Source: Takakia lepidozioides
Taxonomy: Eukaryota > Plantae > Bryophyta
Reading direction: 5' to 3'
Length of the DNA: 64,000 bases
Assembly: GCA_030704615.1 (NCBI GenBank)
Contig: CM060732.1
Coordinates: 12,648,001 to 12,712,000 of the forward strand
Below the pieces are notes generated by a model, which saw only the letters and a list, made by a program, of their open reading frames with translations, was not told the DNA's origin and ran no database searches. Of the stretch, positions 25,592 through 40,089 are shown piece by piece. The position numbers and the translations under genes are program-made. Positions within the stretch are counted from its first letter, which is position 1, and each line of letters opens with the position of its first letter.

Positions 25592-27003
25592 GCACAGTGT
25601 ACAGAGGTGCACGGGAGATCTCTCGTGCTAATTTGACGACAATATGTGTTAATGTTGATCTTACTGGTGATTGCCAGGATTTTGTGGGAGCTCCTTTGAC
25701 AATCAGAAGTTGACCTTGAATTCGCTGTGTCGACCATTTGAAACTTTCAATTTCTGAACATCTATATCTCTAGCAATTTGAACCCTGACTGCCTGCATCT
25801 CAGTGAAAGTTTAGTTCTGGTTGATTGTATTTTACGCACATAGCACGAGAGATCTCCCGTGCTACAGATTCTTGACTATTGCAGACTAACATGATTAATA
25901 TTCTCATTCACCATAGCGCTCGTTGAGTCCCAATTTGATTCGTTATCTGATAAGGATATGTCGGGGTCCGAATATCATATTTTCTTCCCTAGCGGAATGT
26001 ACGTTTTTGTGTCTATTTCAACGGTGGCCCCTTCTTAATCTGACTTTGTAAACTGTATCCTCGCGATGTTGTTACTGATTTTTAGTTGTAACACGGGAGG
26101 TCTCCCGTGGTATGTCACGTTGTTTTTTTAATATTATTTACTAGATTTGTTTTTTATCTGCGGACAAATAGCTTTTGTTTTGATCTCCAAAATTTTGAAT
26201 GTTTGAATGGCCAGTGGATGTGAATGGTTGTACATTTTTATTTGTTTCCGTCTGACGGTTCCATGCATTTCGTATGTCGGACTGCCGATTTCCCATGGTG
26301 GTTGATGGTTTTCTCCTTTACACATAGTGCTGGGGAGATGTCCCATGCTACAGTGACTTGACTATTTCCGATCATGATTATTATATTTTTCTTAGAGCTC
26401 ATTGTCGAATATAGTAAGGATTCGCAAATATTTTCATTTTGTGAAGATGATGAGGATTTTGTCTGGTCCAAAACCTTCATATCTTCCCTTGCGGAATGTC
26501 GTTCACTACTCCGATTTTAACGGTGGCGCCTTATGACGCCGACGTTCTAAATTGTATTTTCGCGATTGTGCTATTGATTTCAGTTATAGCATGGGAGGTC
26601 TCCCTTTCTATGTCTCGACGTCTATTCGGCATTTCCTGGATTCTTATTTGGTATTCGGAGGGTGACAAATAACTGTTGTCTTACCTTACAGTTTAAATTT
26701 CTGGATGACCAGTTCATGTGAATGTTTCTAGATCTTATTTTCTGTTGATTTGACGGCTCGACGCTTCTCGTATTGAGCACGTGAGATCTCCCTTGGTGGG
26801 GGGGAGGTCTCAAAGCACATGTAGCAAGCTGACATCGTACTTGAAATTGTATTTGACATGGTATCTGACCTTGTATTTGTCGGTTCAATGCATTTCGTTT
26901 GTTATTTCTTGTCCTCAATGTGACAAAGATTTTTCTATCCCTTAAGTTTCAATAATTCAAAAACATTATTCCAATGTTTCTACCAATAATTTTGAGTCGC
27001 GAC

Positions 27004-27616
27004 CAGTGTTGGACTGGTATGTCCATTTTTTAATACCAGACTGGTCCTGGTATGAAGGGTCCCACCCCTTTTTCATACCAGGCTGGCATAGGTATCTATA
27101 CAGGTATGAGCAACTTGGGTATGAATCTGGTATGAGTAGTTGTATTTTGGGCTGTATATGAGTATGGTATTGGTATTGCCTTTTCTTTGTAGTGATATTG
27201 GGGGGGGGGGGTATGAGCACTGGTATGGTATTTCTACAGCTCACCATACATAGAAATAAATGTCATTTAGCACATAGCTAATTTTAATCCAAGCCGTGAA
27301 ACACTAGGCAAAGGTAAGCCAAAGTAGCACGAAACAACAAATGAAGTCTAAATTGCAACATGGAGCCTTGAATTAACCAAATTGTAGTACAGGGTATAAC
27401 TAGCTGCACTAACATATACTCATACCTACCTCCATTCGCCATGAACTCACCGCAATACTATGGTATGTGTGCGGAGAATCCTCAAGCCATACTCCCCCAG
27501 TACGTGTATCACATGGGTACACTGGTTCTTTCGTACCCGACTGGTATGTTCTTCAATATATATATTCATACCTGTATTCCATACCTAGTTAAACCAGGTA
27601 TACCAGTCCAACACTC
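27004..27616. mobile_element. hAT-type MITE
   Basis: TIRs CAGTGTTGGACTGGTAT / ATACCAGTCCAACACTC. The 8-bp flanks GTCGCGAC and GTCACAAC differ by two CpG-type G>A changes. Many internal ggtat/atacc subterminal motifs. Confidence 0.85.
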
Positions 27617-27671
27617 GTCACAACCCATTGTGGTTTTAAAACCCTTACTTTGTTTCCGCTTCTCATTTAAC

Positions 27672-28330
27672 AATAATAGGGTCATGAATGCCCGCACATG
27701 TGGCTGCAGCGGGGCCGCGTGTGGCAGAGGGGGTCATGGAGGGTGGGAGCGCCCCTACCGGGACCCCGCCAATCTGCTTGTTGGGTCCGCCCGGCAAGAT
27801 GGTCTGTTGGGGCCCACAAAACACATGAGCTAGTCTGCTGGGGCCCACAATATGCACATAAAGCATTAGTTATTGCAAAGGTTTGTAGATAATGGCGGGT
27901 AGTGTGGTGGTTAAGAGCAACAAACGACAAACACGAGGTGTGGTGCTCAAATCTTGTTACGTTGTATTGTGGCAGTAACGTGTGTTATTAAATATAAATT
28001 TTGTCGAAGGGTCTGCCGGTCTGTTGGAGGGTCCAAGCCGGTCTGCTGGAGGGGGGTCTGCTTGGAGGGTCTGCCGGTCTGCTGGAGGGGGTCTGCCCAG
28101 TCTGCTGGAGAGGTGCCAGTCCGCTCGTCGGTTTGGAGGGTCTGCTAGAAGGTTGGAGTCGGTCTGTTGGAGGGTCTGCCCAGTCCGCTAGAAGGTCCGC
28201 CACGGTAGATTAACAAGGACTTAGAAAAATTTCAGAATCTCGCCTACCCGGTGAATGGGCGGTGGGCTTATGAGCTCACCCCAAGGGTCGTACTGGCGGG
28301 GCCCGCCCGTGCATGCATGACCCTATTATT
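27672..28330. mobile_element. MITE-like element with 15-bp TIRs and an internal tandem repeat
   Basis: AATAATAGGGTCATG / CATGACCCTATTATT. GGGTCTGCCGGTCTGCTGGA-type repeats at ~28009-28200. No clear TSD. Confidence 0.7.
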
Positions 28331-29050
28331 AAACAATGAGAGGCTTTGTTTCCTATATGATATTGACATGCATTTGTTACGTTTTCACGGGAAAGCTCCT
28401 CTTATCTTCTCTCACCATTGACATGTAGTAATCGAATGATTCGTTTCGCCGTAAGATGCGAGAAACTACCTATCGAGTGCACAGGAGATCTCCCCTCCGT
28501 GAATATACTCACGAGCGATCAGATTCTCCTCAAATTCAATATAGGTGTCTTGCTTGTCATTTATTTTGCAAAGGACGATGCTACTTTTCGGACCAATCCG
28601 GGAAAATCCAAAATTGTAAGCTTTAATGCATTGTTAATACTGAATATAGTTTTTTTCATATTTATTAATTATTTACAATTATTTAACAGATGTCCAGATT
28701 TCATCCTTTTGTCCATATTTACTTAAAATGGTGTTACAACCATATTGATCTCCGGCCATCTTACAGAATTAAAAAAAAAATTGAATTGGGATGAGGATTG
28801 AATAGGATTTGGGACTGAAAGAGAAAAGAAAAGAAAGATACAGCGCACACTGACACGAACTAGAATAGACACCGCAAGCACAAAACGCAGAAAAATCATG
28901 GATGATTTAGAAAGCTACGGTTAATATGACAGGTAAAAGATAAAACCAGCTTACCGATGTGGGAGGGGGGAAGTTGCCTCTAACTCGCGTGCAAGTCCGT
29001 CGCCTGCGTCCATTGTTTGTCTCTTCGGCAAGTCCCACATGTCTTCATGC

Positions 29051-29157
29051 ACGGTAAGCCTCCTCGTGTCTGGGATTACCTACACTCGTCTCGCCACTCA
29101 CCTACCGCCCGTGGTGGGGCTCATTTCGGTAATCCCCTCCACTGGGAGGCTTACCGT
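29051..29157. repeat. Imperfect 30-bp inverted repeat
   Basis: ACGGTAAGCCTCC-n8-GGGATTACC (29051-29080) pairs with GGTAATCCC-n8-GGAGGCTTACCGT (29128-29157). Confidence 0.8.
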
Positions 29158-29279
29158 ACAGGTAGTTTGCGCTTGAGGGCACGTCCAATCCACCAGTTGC
29201 CAGACGTAAGATTGAAAGTGGACCTCAGCGGACTGGGTGCACACCATAGTACCTCAGAACATCTCAGTAGACCACCTGA

Positions 29280-29400
29280 CACTACAAAAAAAGCCCAAAA
29301 ACCGACGCATGGGCATTGTCCGGCCGACGTCGGGGCGTTGCTCTCGAAACGTTGCTAAATATAGCAAGGTTTGGTGAAGGGCAGACGTCTAGCAAGTAGG
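29280..29400 (+). mobile_element. Second CACTA-type left terminus (orphan)
   Basis: CACTACAAAAAAA followed by ccgacg, acgttgcta and tagcaa subterminal-type motifs. No partner end found. Confidence 0.5.
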
Positions 29401-29839
29401 TCTTTACTATAGAACCAATGCGTAAAAGGGAAGGACACAATATCTGCAAAGAGGAATAAGCTCTTATTTACACATACTTTGGTTAGCATCATATCCCTGT
29501 TCTCAGATTTTTTTTTAAACAATTGTAAATCTTCTTGAATAGTTCCATTTGGGCCTCAAAATTCATGCAAACTATGACTAATTTGGTGTTGTGATTCTTT
29601 TTTTATTTGAAGCAATTGATGTTGATTGATATCGATTTCTCAATTTGCAAATATTCGAGGAATATGTTAAAAATTCATTCAATTATCATTATGTGAATTT
29701 TGTGGCCAAAGCAAATTCAAAATAAAACTGTGGAATATGTACTCTTGCAGTGAACCATATAGACAAATACATGACGCCTCCTGAAGGAAGCGTAAATTAT
29801 GATGTCTCTTGATCGCGAAGGGCTACTATCCAGTGGGAA

Positions 29840-30145
29840 GGTGAACATAAGTGTTTTTTTTTTCTGGCGAGAAATAGCCAGATTTCGACCTGGAAACTCG
29901 GTGAGCTACTTGTACAGAGGCATTATGGGGGTTAAAATCCGAGATTTTCGCCAAAAAACACCAGCATATGAATTTCAGGAGCCTAATCTTGCCGACGTGT
30001 ACCAGTTAAAAACGTGCCACTTGGAATATAGCCACTTTTCTAACTCTGTCACCTCGTTATTCTCGCCACATGGGCACCTGGTAGAATTCACAAGTGGCCC
30101 CGCTAGCGATTTTGGAAATATGAAAAAAAAACACTAGTGAACACC
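29840..30145. mobile_element. Possible small MITE
   Basis: GGTGAACATAAGTGTTTTTTTTT versus the reverse complement of the right end GGTGTTCACTAGTGTTTTTTTTT (4 mismatches). No TSD seen. Confidence 0.45.
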
Positions 30146-30164
30146 GTCTGAACGCCTCTGTGCG

Positions 30165-30230
30165 ACCAATCGGTGGACTGAATCCCCCACTTATGAGGAT
30201 AAATGCCCATTACCATTGGGCTACAATTTG
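30165..30230 (-). pseudogene. Degenerate tRNA(CAT)-like sequence or SINE head
   Basis: Minus strand: acceptor CAAATTG/CGATTGG, D arm GCCC-AATGGTAAT-GGGC, anticodon loop CTCATAA, T arm GGGGG-ATTCAGT-CCACC. The 3' anticodon stem and variable loop are missing. Confidence 0.4.
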
Positions 30231-33200
30231 ATTGTCATATCAAGTCATATATTACATTTTCTATGTAAAGGCCAAGCCCATTTTCGACCCTAACGTGAAC
30301 CTAGAGGCTACATTATTGGTGCTGAACTTACAAAGATTGTAGAACTTTTGGTTTGATTATATTCTCATGTTAGAATTGTGGCTGCTCAAACAGCTCCCCC
30401 TTGGGTCCCTTGGGGTAGTACGATCCCAACTTGCAAGGGGTGCTGTTTTCCCCGCACATTTGCTAAGGCCCCTTGATCCTTTAAAGGTAATTGGTCGGAT
30501 CCCAGAAGTCAAGTTCGACATTTTGTCATTTCATATGTGTCCCTTAAAGGCCTTAGGAGATTGGAAACCACCATGATAACAATACCTTTAGGCAGCCAAT
30601 TAAAGAAAGGTGGTTGGAGTTGGTGAGATGGCCTTTCACTAGTTGTTTTTTGGCAAGGTGACATGTTGGGTTTTCCAAAAAAAAGTAAGGTACAAGTTGA
30701 GCGATGCTAACGTTGCCACCAAAAAGTGGACTGGATATTTGCCCATTTTGGAGTCACACCTTTCCAAAGTTCTTTCAGTGATTGTGAGTGAAAACATTGC
30801 AACGGTTATATTTCTGACCCTTTTCTTGTCATGTTCAATAGAACCCCATCAAATTTTGATCTGAAATTGGGTGGACGTATGCATGACAATCCATTGCTCA
30901 ATTGAGGAAATTTTCACCATATGTTTTGCCACACAAAGTTTGACGGGTACAAGGAAGGTTGCTGGGAAAGATTGTGGCCTTGGATCAAACGATCTGGCCG
31001 TGGAAAGATTTGTGGTATAACTTAGTAATTTGTAATGCCTCAAAGGATGACCATTGCATGGACCGTACTTGCTAAGTAACACTCTTTGAAGGCAACTAAG
31101 AAACAATGTTGTAAAATGAATGACAAACACTCAAAATACTTGGCGAGCAAAGGAGTTGACGAAAAGTACAAAACATATGAAAAATTATCCAATGACTAGC
31201 TAAGAATTAAAAAATATGGCCCTATTGGCCACTACATAGACGCCAACAAACCCACAATGTGCATGTTCCGACAATGCATCATTTTTCACAATCAACATCC
31301 AAATTGTTCCCCGGATAGGATACCCTAGTTCTCGTATGCCTTGTATTATTTTTTACTTGTTTTAATTTGACTTAAATAAATGAATAAATGTGTTTTCCCC
31401 TTTCTTAAAAAAAAAGAGTAAGATCCGAATTGCTATCATAAATTATGATATAATTATTATTAATAATCATTGATTAGCATATGTAACAGGAATTGTGCTC
31501 TAAACATAGATGATAGATCCCCCATTTCAAGATGCATGGCAATGATGGGGATGCTTGCTGCTACCGAGGCGGGAGACTTGATAATTGTCTGACAATAAAG
31601 AGGTTGCCAGACAGGAGCATTTAATGTTGTGGTTGACAGCACTGATGTGATTGTCCCTTTGGCCTTTTCAAAACCTGCTTGACAAGCTACCGTCCACTCA
31701 AGGCCTCCATTGTACATGCGTTCTCAGAAAGTGCTTGTGAGAAGTTTCCCAGCGAATGTGACAGCCAATTTCCTTTCATATTTGCTACGGATACTTTATG
31801 AAATTTCCCTCGAACCCCACCTTCTGCATCTTAATATGCTTACTGCGAAATTTCCCTATCGAACTTGCTGCATGATTAGAGCATCGATATTGGAAGATCT
31901 GTATGTAGCAATCTTAGGGCTGGCACTGACATGTTCTGATCAAGTCTGGCACTATAAGGTTGTGACAGTCCCATGAAATAGACTGTCAAAAGCCCACTAG
32001 AGTAAGGATTTAAAATGATTGCGAAATAGAGAGAGATAGAGGGGATAGGCTGGTAGGTACAATCTCGGCGATTGTTCAAAACTCTCTCTCGACTTATAAC
32101 GGTTTGTTCCAGAACTTTCAGGCGCCCAACGTACTGATCTTTTACACAGAGCATCTACCACTAAATTAATACCAGAGTCTCCAGTGGTGTTATGATTGGA
32201 TCTTGACTTTCTTCAGACCGACTAATCTACTTGCAGAATGTCATCCGTTACAAATCCCGAGCACCTGAGTATATGTCGAGTAAGATGATAACATTCGGAC
32301 TTACTGGTCTGGAATTTGCAGGACTTCTGTATGGAAAAGCTTTACTTTCAATGACTGTCTTGTATTCAAGCTAACTGTACTGGGGGTCTAAGCAACAATC
32401 AAAGGTGGAAAAAAACGATGACCCACAAGGCTGCCCATGTCCGGCCACCGCCAACCAATTGGTCAATGTAACTCTTAGCAACTGGCACTTCCACTTGAAC
32501 TTAGGGGAAACAGATAATTCATCCAGAACGAAGACACCCTGATTACCCCGTCACAGGGCCCACACTGATCACCCTTTCCATAACTTCAATATATTTGTCA
32601 ATTGCACGACCTGATGGTGGTGGTTCTGGATAACGTTGCTTAATTCTTGTGGTTTCATGAATTCACAGAAAGGAAGGAATTCTGTAACTTCCGAGTAATG
32701 TCCAGGATAAAACGAAAGAGCAGATCGGACAAGACAGATAGCATGCGGCCATGATGAGACTGGCAGTCATGCCACTCATTTGTATTTTGGTGTTGGAAGT
32801 CTATCCCACTGATTTGTGTTTCTCCTCACCCAAGACTGTGACGTGCAGATTGGATCGTCCAAGGGTCGTTCTGAGACGGGGAGGATGTTCAAAACTGGTC
32901 CAAGGGGATTCCAATCGCGATGATTACAAAGCAGGATTGAATTATGGGGGGATGATCGCTGTGAGTTGTGTGCTCTCTGGAAACCGTAGCCGAGGTTTTT
33001 GATCAAAGGTGCCACCTGAAAGCAATGTTAACCTTATGCCAATGCGCTGGGAATTGTGCCATTGAGACAAAATGCCCCACTAGGCAGATTTCAATAGAGA
33101 TCTCCAGGTCTACGACAAACATGAGCACTACAATAATACATATGTAACTGAGATTGAGCTTTGGTTTTGGAGCACATGGATTCATGAAGCGCACAGCAGA

Positions 33201-34604
33201 ACACGTGGGGAGGACGTGGGGAGGTGCAAGTGGGCAGGTATACAAGAGATTTGATGAACTGGTGATTTGACTCAGTTGTAAAGAGGAATACGGATATGTA
33301 TTGGGTCAACTACTGACGTTTGAAGATGCTTTATAAGATAGGGCACATTCTGTTGCTCACTCTCCAAGGGAAGCTTCCCTGACATGCATTGATACGGTGG
33401 GTGGCCTTGGCCCACAAGATGAGGATATCTACCTCCATTGTACCAAGTCCTGGCTAATTGCGTCAGGCTCTCTTCCCACGTCTCTGCACACAAAGATCGC
33501 TCCAGCTATCTGAGAAGGTCTATCTTCTCTTGTGGGTGGTAACTGGTCAACGATCAAACTAAACTAAAGAGCATGTGATGATTAGCCTTAGGCCTCTCTC
33601 GTTGTCGGTATCCCTGACAACAAAGTTGTCTATTGGAACGAAAATTCTCGTAATCTAGTGCATGATAGAGTCGATGGTGCAGGCCTACTCGCTGGTCCAC
33701 AACACACTGTGGACCCCCATGGGAGGGGTCAACCCTGTCCGATATTGACATGAGCTGTAATTTAAACATTATTTGGATTCTTTCGGTAAGAAACACAAAG
33801 ACATCTATCTCGCTAACAACTGTTAACATGTTGGATTACCACCACTTAATCACACCCACTTGACACTATTGTTTCATCCCTCAATCGATGTTGGAAACAC
33901 TATGTTCATCCACTCTTCATTCAAAAATATTCTCATTGGAAAGATAATGTAAGCCTGGGCTATCTGTTGCCTGCCAACTTCGTTACATTCTCGGTGAAAT
34001 CATTGATCGGATCACCAGCTAGACGAAACAGTGGAGCTTTGTCTATGAGGCGACTGTGTAAAGGAGACGATCTCGAGAACATATGATTACACAATGACGG
34101 ATCCGAAGAAGGGGCTTCGTGAGGTGTCTTGTTTTGTAGGAATGACGTAGGAGTCGGCCTGGCTAAGAAAGAGCTAACCACGTGGCAGCAGTGATCAGGC
34201 TAGCGTGTGCCCGTCGTGGGCCCATAGAAACTGCAATCATTTTCGTGAGTACATAGTTGTCTCGTCCGAGGCTCGAGGTCCCTCTCTCTGCCTTATATCT
34301 GTGGCCGCCTTTCTAGATTCTCCACTCGTCCCCCTCGTCTCTCTAACACCCATTGTACTCTTTCTAACGATCTTCTAGTCAAGTGTGTTTCTCTCTGCTC
34401 TCTTACCATAACTCTTTCAATTGGTGTGCACGCGACAAGTAGAGCAGTTTTTCAATTTCAATTTCATGTCAGCACTGGTCTAAATAACAAAGATTTTGTC
34501 TGATCTGGTGAGCACCATAGAACTGACTCCTGCAAGTCGTTTAATACCCGACCACTGACAAATTGATCGAACAAGTTCATACAGTCAACTTGGAGGCTCC
34601 AGAC

Positions 34605-36468
<1,864 letters not shown>

Positions 36469-39346
36469 ATCTAACTGATAATTACCAATCTTCTGTTGCT
36501 GTATATTACGTTTGATCATGTGGAGGAGCGGGAGTTAGGTCTGCAGATCTATTTACATTTCATCATCTCGAGAGACCTCGGAGAGAGGCTTTCATGGTTT
36601 ATAAACGTAAGCAATTAGGCAGTAACACTATTAAATGGTTGTCACAAGACAACCTTCAGTGGCTGCGTTGTATGCATACATCCTTTCAAAACTGAGTCTA
36701 CAAACTTTGTATCACTTGTACAGATCAGCGTTATTAGGGTGTAAATGATGAAAAACAAATTTAAGGAGGACCCCGAAAAGTGTCACAGCTCGTATGTGCA
36801 ATCGATAAAATTGGAGGAGACACCTCATTTCAAGTTTTTCAAATCATTTTCCGGTCCCTGTGTCATGAATGTGAACTATCATAAGCTGGAGTCATTGGGA
36901 TAGGTCCATTGATGTTTCAACTCAGCATGCACTGACGAGTAACTAGTCCATCCGGTGTCAAACGATTTTGGATGCTTTACTCAACCGCTACAGACACTAT
37001 CCGATAATGTACTGTCCGCCATGGTTGCCTGTCTATTGAGAAGGTAGAGAGATACAGTGGAAGAAAAGAAGACCCACAGATGACTGCTTTTGGATGCCCG
37101 CATCAAGCAGGTCTTCAACAATATTCGTCGGGAGTCTACTTCTTTGAACGGATTGCAGATTTTCAGCCATGACACGTATCTAGAGCTTAAGGTTCGAAAC
37201 TTGGCATCACTGCAGTGCGATAATCACTGATTTTGGTGTTTGTGCTTTTGCCTATGCATAATCTAGATGATCTATGGTTCAAAGTGTCCATTTTCCAATG
37301 AAAGGACTATTATGAAAGACAGTGGTCCTTGTCCTTGGGATGAAGACATCCACTATATCTTAGGCTTGCTCGGGGAGTTCTCTTGATTTCTCAGATTAGT
37401 ACCAACTAAATTCTACAAACCCTCTGCTGCCGCTATGCGTAGTACATGGGCAATAAACGCAAACACAACTTCTGGCCCACTCTATCCATCCCCTCCCCTT
37501 TTTACTCCTCACTCTGTCCTGTCTTGCCCAATCCCCCTGGCCCCACCAGCAGAATCAGTGGCCTACGCATCACCCACCACAACCAAGTAGTTTGGGGACT
37601 GCACGACTACTATCCGACACTCGCTAGCTCACGCTTATTAGAGTAGGCACGTACCAAGCTTGCCCTGGACCACATCTTCCTGCCCAGCACAACTCTGCCC
37701 ATGCTTTATTTTTGTCAAAGGTCTACCCATCACGCTTACAATCCACTTCGTAGAATTCACGTACTATCGTGAGCGCTACCTTGAACAAGCCATCCTCCCT
37801 AAGAAAAAAGCATGCACTAACGATAGGGGCTTTCCACACGCACACTCTCAACTCTCTCCACTAGGACACGAAATACCATTCAATCTACCTAGTCACCAAA
37901 TGCTTCCAAGAGATTTATGTCACCGCCATATCTCTAACAGATATTTTAAATAATAGGGACCAACCTACACCTATGCCTTGTATCAAGGATCTGAGAATCA
38001 TTCCTGCAACAACTGTTCTATGCAAGGGTGGACGTGCAAGTCGTTGTAATGATAGTTTGGGATGTTTGGTTTTACTCAAGGTTTTCAGTCGGGATGCTTT
38101 TCTCAAACTAGTTCTCTCTTTCTTTGTACTCATTATTAGATATTTTCATGTATAAGCCTTTCTACTAATTGTTAAATTTTGACACAGTTTTGCAGAATTC
38201 GCAGAATTCGAGAAGACAGTTACAAGTGAAAAGCAATGTTTCCATGATTTAGAATAATACACTAGTAAACATCCCATATGGAAGGCACAAGGTCACCTCC
38301 CAGGTCGGAGTAAGTTCTACACCACAGGTGGGTATGGTGGGTGTCCACCATTGTATAATCAACCCGGATATAGAAAACAGGATTCAAACTTTTACAGAAC
38401 CAAAGAGCTTTCAGTTCACAATTGTAAGCAAAGGCATATCTACAAACATCATCCTCTTGTGTGGAGATGGGTCATATGCAAAAGATTTGGGAAAAACAAT
38501 ATAAGTCATTGATTTAATGCTGATGGAGGAGAAAATAGCATCTGAAGGGAAAGGAGACTGACTAATTTGAGACAACAAGGTGCCATGATTGTGGGGCGTT
38601 TGCCTTACAGATTGAGAGAGAGCCTCCTAACAGAGCTCAACACCATTTTGGCGCCATCTGCATTCATAACACAATCACCTTCAGTTCTTGAGCTATCATC
38701 CTCTTAGCCTCATTCAATCTCCAACGTTCTACTGTATGATAATATGTTTTGATTGTTGTGACAACTTTGGCATGTCTAGAGTGCCGCCTAGACATTAGCT
38801 GCTAAGCACTTCAGGTGCTCACAGCTAAAAGACCTCTGCCAAGGACGAGGAAACAAAGAATTTTATTACATCCTCAGGAGGCCCAGGATGAGGAAAAGAG
38901 AGGGGGGAAAAAGATCTAATACATGCACAATATTATATTCATTGAGAAGAAATAATAGATTACGTCCATTGGAGGGGCAGAGAGAGAGAGAATGTACTCA
39001 TAAGACGTTGTTTGCCGAAGCCTTGTGGCCTAGACCCCACGCCCAGTTTGGGCGGAACAGAGAGAGAGAGAGAGTGAGAGAGAGACTCAGATGTTTGCTG
39101 TAGCCTTCTGGCCATAGACCCTGTGCCCAGTTCGGAACAGACTGTGAGGGAACAGACAAGAGGGAACAGACTTGTGAGAGCTCATGTGTGAGCTGCCCAG
39201 CAATTAGACCCCAAGAGGCCCAGGGCTTTAGGCTCAGCCTTGAAAGTTGGTGAACAGAGGTGCAGGGACTATGTTCTTGATGGTAATTAAGAGGGTCACT
39301 CTCTGCTGAGAATACCCGGACATTATACAAAAGATAGATATTGTCT

Positions 39347-40047
39347 TCAGGTCCACAGACCATGCAATGACAATCTCCCTTTCCTCTCTGCATCTGTTTA
39401 TTGGAAGACTACGTGCTGATTGTATCAGATCATCCTTAAGGTCCTCACGCCTATCACAAACTGTAAGCAAGTTCCGGGAAGTTTTATGCCTAATTCGACA
39501 TTTGTGCCTCTGACATGGCCTCCTCCAAGTCAGCTTCATCTAGCACAAGTTCTTCCTGCCTAATAGTCAGTTACTTGAAAAATCCACTCTATCCCTCTCT
39601 CCTAGGACTTGACACACAGAGAGAAATGAAACAATACTTCATAAAGTCTGCAGAACAAAGAGCCTATGGGATGAGAAAGAAAGAAACAAGAAAGAGAAAT
39701 GAAATGATACTTCATAACGTCCGCGGAAAGCTCAAAGAGCTTATGGGACAAAATGGAAAAAACATGAGAGAGGAAACAAAACCAAAAATACAGCCCAAAA
39801 GCAAGTATTGCTCAAGGGATTGTGTAAGAGTCAAAAGCCTCATGCAGGGACAGATCCTCGTAGTGAAAGACCTCTGTGAGAGATTGGGGTATCATGGAAT
39901 AGACAATTGAATCTTCCACAGATCTCATATTAGAAAGGACAGTCAAAGAACAACTGTTCTTCTTTCAGAGAGAGCAAGAGAGAATGTACTTTTAAGATGT
40001 TTGCAGTAGCCTTGAAGCCATAGACCCTGCCAGTTTGGGCAGAACAC

Positions 40048-40089
<42 letters not shown>

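Larger units (their letters stand above)
21880..29279. mobile_element. Decayed Sola1-like DNA transposon region (boundaries approximate)
   Basis: Contains the transposase remnants and the recurring CACGGGAGATCTCCCGTG palindrome from 22206 to 28496. Termini not identified. Confidence 0.55.

Noticed and set aside
22206-26800. Spaced palindromes as a CRISPR array
   Set aside because: Eukaryotic context, irregular 90-260-bp spacers, degenerate repeats and no cas genes.
27181-27194. TTTTCTTTGTAGTG as the right TIR of the CACTA starting at 13828
   Set aside because: Only 8 bp match, the 3-bp flanks disagree (TAT vs ATA), and it lies inside the hAT MITE.
31460-33500. Faint gypsy-like peptides (EWTVACQAGFEKAK, VNLMP, ARTWY)
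   Set aside because: Too degenerate to delimit or classify by eye. Possibly an old retroelement relic.
37200-38170. Possible LINE 3' remnant
   Set aside because: Only vague Cys/Trp spacing, with no intact RT or endonuclease motif and no poly(A)/TSD.
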